DNA from: Malacoraja senta
Taxonomy: Eukaryota
DNA: 64,000 nucleotides
Direction: 5' to 3'
Assembly: GCA_038087875.1 (NCBI GenBank)
Contig: CM075989.1
Coordinates: 7,750,001-7,814,000, forward strand
Position 1 is the first letter of the stretch; each line of letters begins with the position of its first letter. Below the pieces are notes generated by a model. It was given only the letters and a program-made list of their open reading frames with translations, was not told the origin of the DNA and ran no database searches. Positions 1 to 11,967 of the stretch are shown here, piece after piece. The translations under genes and the position numbers were made by a program.

Positions 1-152
1 CTGTAAAAAGTGTTTGAGCTGCATTGTCATAGTCATGGAAACAGGCCCTTTGGCCCAACTCCTTGATGCTGATCAAGATGCCCCATCCATGCCGTTCCCA
101 TTTCTCCTCGTTTGGTCCATGTTTCTCTAAACCTTTCCTGTCCCGTTCCTGT

Positions 153-270
153 TCAAACAAACAAACAAACAAATCTATCTATCTATCTATCTATCTACCT
201 ACCTACCTACCTACCTACTATTCTATCTTCTATTCTTTCTTCTATCTATATCTTCTTCTATCTATCTATA
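153..270 (+). repeat. Compound microsatellite (CAAA)n(TCTA)n(CCTA)n plus a degenerate TCTA tract
   Basis: Read directly. Confidence 0.95.
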
Positions 271-755
271 CTATTACTAAAACTCTCATCTTGTCCTCTT
301 CCGGTTTGCATTGTTTTTAAATTTGCTCAAAAATGGTACCCTATATCGCTAGGATTTTCCGCCACCTTACTCGCCGTTCTCCTCTGCTCCAAGCGCACCA
401 AGTTTTGTTCCGATCGGTCAAATCTTACAAATGTTATTGGTCTGTCCGGCACCCGCTGTCAATCACCGGTGCCGAGATAAAAGCTCAATGAACGGAGTGT
501 GGGCTGTGTTCGCGGGCGGGGGCTGTGAGCGCAGCAGGGGCTGAGGATGGGAGCCGCTGAGTGAGTCCGGAGCCGGTGAGCCCACCCCCCCCTCCCCTAC
601 AACCCCTCCCTCACACCACCCCCTCCCCCCACAAACCCCCTCCCCCCACACGGCTGCGTTGGGGAAACAGGTGAGTGGTGGGATATTGCATTGGAGAATG
701 GGTTGGGGACTGGGGAATTGGGGGACCAGGCCTCCCGTGTGAGGCCTCAGTCTAG
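265..755 (+). mobile_element. Helitron-like non-autonomous element
   Basis: 5' TCTATACTATTAC; 3' hairpin AGGCCTC-CCGTGT-GAGGCCT (728-747) then CTAG|T; no TSD; splits a CR1 3' fragment. Confidence 0.65.
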
Positions 756-1309
756 TATTTTTTAAATGTCGCTATTGTACCTGCCTCAACTACTTCCTCT
801 GACAGCTCGTACCATATACCCACTAACCTCTATGTGAAATGTTGCCTCTGGTTCCCATCAAATCTTTCCACTCTCACCTTAAACCTATACTCCATAGTTC
901 TCGATTCCCCTAAAGGGGGTAAAATAAAGAGAATGTGCAATGGCTGGAGATTGCTCAGGTGACACAAGGCTTTTAATTCTGTCTCAAAGCATGCCCAGGT
1001 AGAGATAAGGTGTTGTTCTTCAATCTAATGTTGGGTTTCATTGAGCCATTGTAGGGCAGAGGCCGAAGGGGCAGAGGGTTAAAGAATTAACGTGATGGCA
1101 AGTTTCCTCTCCACCCTCCTCTGCAAACACACATGTTAAAGTACAGTTCTGGTGGAAGGCTGTTCAACTAAAATGTTAGCACTGTCCCTCTCACCACAGT
1201 TGTTGAACAGCCCCAGAAGTTTCTCTTTGTCTATTGGAAAGTATTATTTCCTTCTAATAGCACATTTCCTTAAAAAACACAAAATATTTAGTTGAGGCTG
1301 CACTCTGTC

Positions 1310-1660
1310 TTGATCAGTGTCAGCCCCTGGTTAGTCTATTAGTTCTGAGGTAGAAGGGTTTGGTTCAAATCTTCCAGAGATCCGTTGGAAAAACTCTCTG
1401 GTGAATAGGGGGTGAGTGCCGCACGGCGAGTCACCAGTGTGCAGGGAGTGAGTGGCGCACAGTCAGTATCCAGTAAGGAGGGAGTACCGCTCTGTCTGAG
1501 TCTCCAGTGTGCAGGGAGTGCTGCACAGAGTCTCCAAGTGAAGATGGAGGGAGTGTTGAACTGCCAGAGCTGCCTGTCGCGAGAGACATTAAGTCCAAAA
1601 CATGTGAATTTCTAAGATCCATAGCTTCTTTGAAAAGATAGGGCAAGGGCCAAAGCTGGA
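1310..1660 (+). mobile_element. Degenerate Deu-domain SINE-like element with internal tandem amplification
   Basis: GGTTCAAATC B-box-like motif ~1362; repeated CCAGTG..GGGAGTG units; AAGATCCATAGC..GAAAAGA tail resembles the recalled DeuSINE core. Confidence 0.45.
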
Positions 1661-2532
1661 GATCCTGGTACACATGTGCTTTATATTCATATATATATAT
1701 ATATCATATTCATATCATTATGTTATGTTCCTTTGGGAACTAAAAAAAAAAATCGACCTTTGAACAGAGCACAAACAGCAATCGAGTTTTCCTCTACCCG
1801 TAGCATGCATTTTGCTTTTTGGTTGCGAGCTGTAGGCAGGTCACTTCTCTATGCATGAATCTATCCATTGAGGTGATGGCTGCAATGGGCCTTTATGGCC
1901 AGCTTGGACTGCGTAAAATGGTGCCAAAATCTGGCGACTATTGCAATATGGACTCAGTGAGCTGTTTTAACGCATGAGGTACTTAATCGGGTATTGTCTA
2001 TGTATGGCAATAATCGCACTGATGTCTACATGTAATATATATATTTCACTGTACCATTGGTACACATGAGAATAAAGTGATAATTGCCTTGATTGCTAGA
2101 GACAGGCCAAGGGATCTGATTGAGCGTATTTATATTGCAGACAGATCTTAGCCATTCCTTCAAACCAGTGCTTTTGCACTAGCCCATACTAATTATGCAA
2201 CTTTAATTTTAAATCTTTAAACAGGCAAAGAATTTTGCAACACTCTCAGTTGATCTGGCACTCGCAACCCTTGGGAAGGTTTGTCGTTGACCGGATGGCA
2301 AATATTTCACCACTCAGGGTCAGTACAATGTGCACTGATGGCTTGTTGCTTGTAATACTTTATTGCAAAAACATTAGGAATGGTGCTATGGACCACAAAA
2401 CTAAACAGTTTACCCGCAGCTTAGAATCCAAGTCGATCGCTACATTCAGCTGATGTTGACATTAAAGGAGCACGGAAAGTGCATGGATTCCCACCTGCAG
2501 AACTAGAAATCTATAATTCTTTCTCAGCACAT

Positions 2533-2820
2533 GGCAGCAGGGTACACAGTGGTAGAGTCGCTGCCTTACAGCGCCAGAGACCCGGGTTCAATCCTGACTG
2601 CATGGAGTTTGTACATTCTCCCCATGACCTCCGTGAGTTTTCTCCGGCTGCTCTGGTTTCCTCCCATACTCCAAAGACGTACAGGTTTGTAAGCTAATTA
2701 GATTTAGTAAAATTGCAAATTGTTTCTAGTGTGTGTAGGATATTGTTAAGGTGTAGGGATCACTGGTCAGTGCGGACTCGATGGGCCGAAGGGCTTGTTT
2801 CCGTACTGTATCTCTAAACT
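2533..2820 (+). mobile_element. tRNA-derived V-SINE (HE1-like)
   Basis: A/B boxes (AGTGGTAGAG, GGTTCAATCC), V-domain GTTTCCTCCCATACTCCAAAGAC, CR1-like tail GGGCCGAAGGGC. Confidence 0.8.
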
Positions 2821-5800
2821 TCTTGCTAATTTGATCAAATATTCTTTCCTGTCAGTAGGTAACAAATATCTCTGCTGAAGGCAGCGCTGAGTGGAGACCA
2901 AATGACACTCCCTTGTTTTGATAAACAGATAACAGCAGCAGAGCTGAGACATTCTCCAGGGCTCCTGCAGTCCCATTACAGTTCAACACACCCCGGCTAA
3001 GTGTCCTTGGTGTGGCACTTAATGAGCTCCAGGCTCGTTTTCATTTCATTCTTCAAAGAGGTCTCAAATTGGCTGGAAACTTCACAAATGTTTGTGGTGA
3101 TCCATTTGATAAGTTTTACCATCAGTTGGAATTTGTTTGGCTAATTTTTAGCACATCTTTTCCAAAAGGATATTGTAATTGCACACAAAAAAAATTGAGG
3201 TGGAACATTTTCTACCTTGCTCACTCTATCACATCATCCATCAGATATGTAACACTTGTCACTATTTCAAGGGTTAGAGTCATACAACATTTAAATACAC
3301 CAGTCTAACTCATCATTACCGACTGAGGTACCACACCTAAGCTGGTCCTATTTTCCCATGTTCAGCCCACATTCCTCCCAAACTGTCCTGTCTCCTTACC
3401 TGGCCAAGTGCCATGAGGACCGGTGACCGATTCCACTCTAAGCCCACACTGCCCCCAAAAGTGGGAATGAGCCATCTTTCTCCTCACACTCTTACACGGT
3501 TGGCCTGCTCTCTATTTCACCAGCTTCTTTTTGCCCCTCCCAACCCTTCCTGCACACCTGTTAACTCCCCAAAGGCCAATGGCAGTAGTTTTCACACATG
3601 TGGAGAGTAAAGATGGGGCTGGGTGGAAGAAAATCTGAAACCAATGATCATGAATGCAAGAGGCTCCAATTAGCCCCAAAATGAATTCAATAGCAATATA
3701 GAAACTTGGTTACCCAGAATTACTAAGATAGGAAACTCACTGCCACAACAGTTGGTAAGAAAAATAACATAGATGTATCTTAAAGGGGAGAAAAAGACAA
3801 GGACTGAAGTATTGTATTTGGTGACGACTCATTGTTCACACCACGAGCAAGCTCAAATCTTGACCTATTTACCCCCCCCCCCCCCCACAGAATTGGTACA
3901 TTATGAAGTATACTCATTGCAACAACCGACTCAAAAAAATAGCTAAAACTAGTAACAATTTGGTAGGGAATTAAATACTGATACAACCCAATGATTTTGA
4001 AATCCTTGGAAACTGAACAAACAACATCCTTATTTGAAACAAAGGTACGGATATGGAAATTTCATGTTTCAAATGGCTTCTTATGCAGAGGCTCCTCGTC
4101 AATGCAAAGCTCCAAAACTGACAAGTGGAATCTCAGTTTAATAGGGTTTCCTGCCTGTCATACTTTCGTGATTTCACAGACCACCTATATAAAAATAAAA
4201 ATGATTTCTGAAAATGCTGAGGCGGCAATCACTTGCTCACTGACAACTTCACACAAAAGCAAAATTTGGAGTATTACATTAGCAGGCCCCTATTATATTT
4301 CATTAGGCAACCAATGAAGTGCTGTGGAACTATTCCTTCCAGTAACATTGTAGTTGCAAGTTTTTTTAGACCATTGATTATTGATCAATTGATACATGAA
4401 AATCATTCTATCTTCCATTGAATGCATCAGTTGATGTGAACCATGAGTTACAAATATTTCTGAACAAAACCTTTTATCCAGATCCAAGAAAATTAATTTT
4501 TAAAAGTATAAAAATGTCCCATCAATTCAATTGAATGGCTAACTGGGCATTGATTTTGTGAGGACTGAAATTAGGTTCCCAAATGGGAATGTAGGAGAAA
4601 CCCCACTGATTGGACTCTAGTTTGTTGCTGATAGAGGTTTCTCCTATCAGTTCTAGGTTAGCTAACTATCTAGATTCATCTTTCTGCCATCATAAGGTGA
4701 GAAGCAAAGATGCCCAATTCCATCCACAACTTCTCAGAACATGAAACTGCCCCTTGCCTACAACCAGCAAGATGCAGGCCAGAAGACAGCATGCACGGAT
4801 ATGTTGGAGCCAACAATCAAACCTGGTAAGTGCCACACAATGACAAGATGAATCTGAACAATCCTTGGTCCCCCACGTCTCACAAGGTGAATGGCAATGT
4901 TGGCATTGACCAGAAAATTAATTGGATCAACCAGATTGTGATTACAAGAGCAAGTCTGAGGTTGGATGTCCACTGGCATCTCTCATTTCATGACTAGCCA
5001 AATCCTTTCCATTATCTACATAGCACAATGCAAGGAATATTGTCCATTTTCTTCCATGAATGTAGGACACAGCAGCCCACTTGACTGGCACTCTATCTCT
5101 CCTCCACCAGGACAGTGCCACTGCACACAACTACAATGGATTTATAAAAACATCAAGGCAACTTCAATAGTACCTTCCAACCCACCACCTTCACAAGAAA
5201 AACAGGTGCAGGGGATCACCATCACCAGTATATATCCCTCCAAATCACACCCCGACATAGAAATATAACAGTTTCATCAGTGCTGGATCTAATTCCTGCA
5301 ATACACTATCCAACTGCACTGCGGGAACATCTTCACCTTCGACTGCAGAAGAACAAGGTGACGCTCATCAGTTTCTTGCGGAGAAATGAAAGACAGTAAA
5401 TGCTCAGCCCCCCCAAATCAATCTGAATGAAGGGTCCCGACCTGAAACGTCCTGTCCATTCCCACCACTGATGCTGTCTGACCCGCCAAGTTCCTCCAGC
5501 ACTTTGCCTTCTGTGCAATAAATGTTGATCCTGTCAGTGATGAGCTCATTCCATAAATACAACCTTAATTTTTAAACAAAATGACAGATTGCACACATAT
5601 CATTCGATTCATCCCTATTCCTAGATCTAGTAAATTAATTGTATGGAAAGATGTTTTAGGATATATCAAAAGTGTTTTGGGTCAGATCTTCAGCTTACCC
5701 CATGATCATTCTGCAAAAGATCATGGGTCAACTGCTCACAAGATTACCTTTCTTGTGGTGCACTGACTTTAAAATTAACCTGGTAATTCAGTAATTTAGA

Positions 5801-5939
5801 TCTATTGCAGAGAAATTACCACGGGTAGAGTGCCATACATCAACTGGCAACAGCTGCCCCAAGAGCAGTGAAAATAAAATTACAGCATAAACAAGCAGTT
5901 GAGAAAAATGACAGCAGGTTGTCTGACACTGGTAACGAG

Positions 5940-7834
5940 GTTAGTATCCGATTTGTTTTATTAATCCAATTTTTGTGGCTAGAAATCATACATTACATTC
6001 ATAGCATGCAACATACAAGGTACAGTGTACATGATATTGTGCACTAGTGAGAAAGCTTTGCAAAGGTGAATGAAGTCAACACTGGAGACAAATCTTCTGG
6101 AGTTAGTGTTTATGCTGCGATTGCTAAGTATCTAGTTCGTTTTAGTTATTCAGTCAATTACGCTACTAAGTGGTCAGATACATCATGCCCTCCCATGCGG
6201 TACTGAAACTATGCATGAAGCATTGCAGATGCTCCATCTCATAACTGGAAGCAGGGTAGGAATGGGCATTAGTTATTATAAATGTCTTTAAATTTAGTTT
6301 TTGGAAATTTCTAATAAGACAATTCTAAGGAAATACATTAAAGGAACCAGCCAAGACATCACTCGTGTCAAACTGCTTTATTACATCTTAAATAACAGTA
6401 CATTTTAATATAGTATCTATCTTGCATCCAGCTTTCTTGTAGTACACCGACTTTAAAATTAAATACAAAAGGCAAAAGGAAAGTATGAGGAAAGACCTAC
6501 AGAATTAATGGAGAGTTGCCTATTTAGGCCTACGCACAATTACAGCACATCTGTACAATTTTGCAGGGATAGAATGGAAAAGCTACTAAATGCTAGTAAA
6601 GAGCACTTCTGTTTACAGTAAAGTATGGCTGCAGAAACTTCTGCCATCAATTATTCAGAAAGCCAGAAACCTGTCCCGTACAAAATGATTCTAACATTAA
6701 GCTTTCTACAAATTTTTATTTTTATTGGATAAACAGGATGGTTTGTGTGAGAATCATTTGTGAAGATCGTTTAAACGGGTCAAGTTTGTTGTGACGGCGC
6801 TACTCGAAAAAGTGCATAGCCTTTTATTCTTCATTATGCACAGAGTAGCCATGGTTACAATGGTTACAATTTAACAGGTGTGTCATAAAAGAATATCTAT
6901 TGACTTAATCCCACTGTTTGCAATTCTACAGCATGCTTCTATAAGAGTAAACCCATGGTAAAAGGAAAAACAAAAAAACTCCCCCAAAAAATTAACTTAG
7001 AAATTTCAAGATTATTTTCAACATTGAACTTACATCATTTGATACACACATTGACCAAATTCAAGCACAGGACATCTGCAGCTGCTAAAAGCAGGAATCT
7101 CTTGTAAGCACAGAGATTCTGTGGGCCCTGAGCAACTTTACCAAGAAACCAGTCAGCTTAAAATTTATTGGGGAGTTTTCATTTTTCTATGTTACCCACT
7201 AAAAGTGTAGAGGGGTGAAAAAAATTACATTTTAAAAACAAGCATTCATTACTATGACTGTGTGTCTTAGTTAGTTTAGTTTCAACATATTTCATTCGCA
7301 ATATTTGTGCAACGAAAGGTCCATGACAGGACATGACCAAAAAAGAGCCTGATACTAATTTACAGTCATTGACAAACCAGAATGATGCTGCTCAAGGACT
7401 CCCTTGTTTTCCAGAAAATGTCATACTTAAATTCCTTAGCTAAAAACAACTTAAAAATTGAGATGCGTGTTAAAACATAGTTTTTAAACCTTTAACTGCA
7501 GCAAACCCGCATGGTGCTAAAACTTTAAACTACTGAGAAAATTAGCGATTTATTCATGATTACCAAGTTTTCTTTTAAAGTTGTATTTTGCAGGATAATA
7601 GTGTTTTCAAGACAAAACAAAATAATGGTCCCAAAATGAATGCGCAATCTCATATTTATACCACAGAATCTTCCATTTAAAGTTGTCTAACTTTGTGCTC
7701 TTCATTATAGCAAAGGTTAAAAGTACATTTTGCCCTTTGAAGTTGGGGGTGTCCAAGTCAGTATCAGTGGATCGGATATGCAACGTAATTGAATGTGGAA
7801 TGATCTTCCAGTCACCTCGGAGTTCGTCTGCAAT
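5940..7834 (-). other. GNB1: GNB1 terminal non-coding exon (3'UTR, ~1.9 kb); 3' end approximate
   Basis: Acceptor TTTTCTTTCTAG at 7835; GACTGGAAGATCATTCCA near the exon start resembles the recalled mammalian GNB1 3'UTR start; repeat-free AT-rich block; AATAAA at 5962-5957. Confidence 0.75.
5957..5962 (-). terminator. Probable distal polyadenylation signal AATAAA of GNB1
   Basis: Minus-strand AATAAA; other AATAAA hexamers near 6380 and 6720 may be proximal sites. Confidence 0.55.
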
Positions 7835-8894
7835 CTAGAAAGAAAACAATTCATAATGACTCCTGTACTGTACCTCCTCGCTTATGGTGACATTTGGAAA
7901 CATACATACAATTTAACTTTCTATGCCATGGCACTTGGTATTGTTATCTATGATGCTTTATTAAATGATTACATCACCAAAATCCCATATGAAGCCTGAA
8001 GGGTAATGTTTTGGAAGTATATGGCAATTATGCCTAATTTTCAACTAACGCTAATGCACCAGATAACACAATCGGGCAAGTTCTTCACCTGAATGAATCT
8101 TGCTTGCGGCTTGCACGGGAGGAATGTTGATAATGCTTCACAACAGAAGTTAAGTTAATTTATCAATATTGCTAATTAACTTGCAAACAACTGAAAAAGT
8201 TGCATTTGAAAACATCTTTGTCGTGGAACCTTGTACAGATCTAGTTTGCAGAGACATTGTGGGACAAGGTCCTTATTTTACGAAAACAATGGCAGCTGGT
8301 GATTCCCAAAATATCTAGTTGAACAAGGGGGTTAATAAAGCTAGAATGGAGGATGTATTACTCTTGATGTTGTACACTAACTCAGGATCTGGTTGCCAAG
8401 TGGAAAATGCTAACTTTCAATTTACATTGATTTAAATTGTATTAGAAATGTGCACTTTTAAAAAGAAACTTTTCTACAGGGCATTTGATTTATTCAACAT
8501 GGCAGCTTCCACCCTCGAAAAGAGATTTTTACCTTGCTGACACTGCAATTAAGCTCACTTGCGTACAAATATCCCTTACCCCAAGCCAAGTGCCAATAAA
8601 ACAAGCACCCAGTTCATCCCTAAGGTTGTAAATATCTTTTTTCAGTAACTTGATCAGCTTGCTTTATGAGCATCGGATTTGGAGTATATCTAGCCACTCA
8701 ATCTGGCCCAGCCTAACACTGAACTAAACATTTGAAATGTCAGGCATTTATCCCTGAAACTGCAGGAAAGCGTTCATGTTAATTTGTTCCTTTCTCTCCA
8801 CATTCCCAGAGTCACCCTGCAAAATGCAGATTTTCAGAGACCTGCAGTAATACTGGAAGATTATTTATTATTCCACATTTTAAACATACATATA

Positions 8895-9262
8895 AAAAAC
8901 ATATAACATTCTTAAGAGATTGGACAGGGATGCAGGAAAAAAAATCCCGATGTTGCGGGAGTCCAGAACCAGGGGTTACAGTGTAAGAATAAGGGGTAGG
9001 CCATTTAGGACTGAGATGAGGAAAAACTTTTTCACCCAGAGAGTTGTGAATCTGTAGAATTCTCTGCACAGATGGTAGTGGAGGCCAATTCACTGGATGT
9101 TTTCAAGAGTGTTAGATATAGCTCTTAGGGCAAACGGAATCAAGGGATATGGGGAGAAAGCAGGAACAGGGTATTGATTTTGGATGATCAGCCATGATCA
9201 TATTGAACGGCTCGAAGGGCCAAATGGCCTACTCCTGCACCTATTTTCTATGTTTCTATGTC
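8895..9262 (+). mobile_element. CR1/HER1-like LINE 3' fragment
   Basis: Highly similar to the reverse complement of 11968-12330; TTTCTATG tail repeats. Confidence 0.85.
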
Positions 9263-9744
9263 TATTTGTGCCACCTGGCTTCAACAAGTTTTTCTTCTTG
9301 CAGAACTATTATCACAAAATAACCAAGGACATCCAGTACAATTTTTAAGATTGTTACAAAATAGAATTCCAAGAAATGGAGGCTAACATAAAAGATTTCA
9401 CCGACAAATGGGGATACTTTCCCTAGAACACCACAGATGACCAACTGAGCGACCAGTTACTTGTAAAAGAAATGCCGTCAACATATAAATTGTTTAAACG
9501 GTGTGTGGACTAGACTTATATTCAACATAACTCTGAACCCAGTGCAGGATAAAACCAAATTTTCAATGTGAGATGCAAAGACACTCATTTGATTTTCATG
9601 CATTAAAGTCACAAGCTGGATTGAAAGCAATGATTTGCTTTTATACTAGATTTTCACCAAAGCAAGCACAGCAAAAGAAACAAGTCTGAAAAATAATGAC
9701 AGAAATGCTAGTTAAAAGTACAACAGGCCAACAAACCTACAGGT

Positions 9745-9882
<138 letters not shown>

Positions 9883-10058
9883 CTACAGCTTGTACATGAT
9901 GAACGAGAGGGAACCAACAGTAAATGGAATACGAAAAATTATTCTCTTCATTTATCAAATGATCAAGGTTAATATGAATAAAGTATTATTTAGTTTAAAT
10001 TTATCTTTGATACTTAATAAATCCATGTGGTTGCAATCATGTTGAATACTTATTGCTA

Positions 10059-10418
<360 letters not shown>

Positions 10419-11141
10419 TTAGGAAGAGACTTGCATTTATATCACACCACTTACAAGCTTATCCTACATATTTTAAATCAATAAAGTCTTTCTGAACTGT
10501 AGTCATGAATGAAATGTAAATTTATAGCAACCTTCTCAAAGCAGTCTGATAACTGAATGATACTGACAATAATAAATCCTTTGCTTCATAGGTTTGTGTA
10601 TATCCTGCGGTTTAACATTCAAAAGACTGACATTAAACTGGCAAATGGCCAGACATTGAAAAGCTACTCAGTTTTCCATTAGTATCTATCTGATTCTCTT
10701 GCGTTTTTAGGTTCTTATCCTTTCCAACTGCTCCATTGATGATGCTATTTAGAGGAAGGACCTTATGACTGCCTTAGAAAAATCAAACTACTTAAATGGA
10801 GCAAATTTGGGGATTTAACCAATGACTGGCCCACAAACTGCTGAATTAAGAAACTTCTCAAGGAATGTGACTGAAGATAGGTCAAATTTTGAATGTTGGG
10901 GCGAAGATTGAGGGGAAAATGTATTCTGCTTTTCAGGCACCATGTGCAATTAAATCTGAAAGCTATATTTAAGCAACCTGAAAGAGCATGAATCTTCTGG
11001 TAATCGCGACACAATTTTAAACTTTGATGGCAAAGCAGCACAAGAAAAAACTTCCAAGATCTGTCCCAATTCAGTCTGAACCACACATTTTTTTGCAGAG
11101 GCAGATTTCTATGCAAAACAAACAGTTCATTGCAATTACTG

Positions 11142-11350
11142 TGTTAAAGAAGGAACTGCAGATGCTGGAAAATCGAAGGTACACAAAAATGTTGGAGAAA
11201 CTCAGCGGGTGCAGCAGCATCTATGGAGCGAAGGAAAATAGGCAACGTTTCGGGCCGAAACCCTTCTTCAGACCCCGAAACGTTGCCTATTTTCCTTCGC
11301 TCCATAGATGCTGCTGCACCCGCTGAGTTTCTCCAGCATTTTTGTGTACC
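11142..11350. mobile_element. Penelope-like terminal repeat in inverted (fold-back) arrangement
   Basis: Near-perfect ~75-bp inverted arms; flanking direct repeat TTCATTGCAATTACTG (11126-11141, 11351-11366). Confidence 0.8.
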
Positions 11351-11471
11351 TTCATTGCAATTACTGCCTATTTCAGTGAGAAATTTTGCAATCATACCAC
11401 ATCAAAAAATGTGTTTATTTTAACTAAGAAAACCGGGGACAGTCTTGTGGCAACTATTTTTAAAAATCTTA

Positions 11472-11876
<405 letters not shown>

Positions 11877-11967
11877 TCATAAATATACACACACACCGAT
11901 ATATATATGCAAATTAAAATAATATTTCAATAACGACACTTTCCTATATATTTAATTTGAGAAATCA

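Larger units (their letters stand above)
25..925 (-). mobile_element. CR1-like LINE 3' fragment split by the microsatellite and Helitron-like insert
   Basis: GGAAACAGGCCCTTTGGCCCAAC tail at 38-60; body resumes at ~756; similar to 63885-64000. Confidence 0.65.

Noticed and set aside
2533-2600. tRNA gene
   Set aside because: A/B boxes run straight into a V-domain and LINE tail, so it is a SINE head
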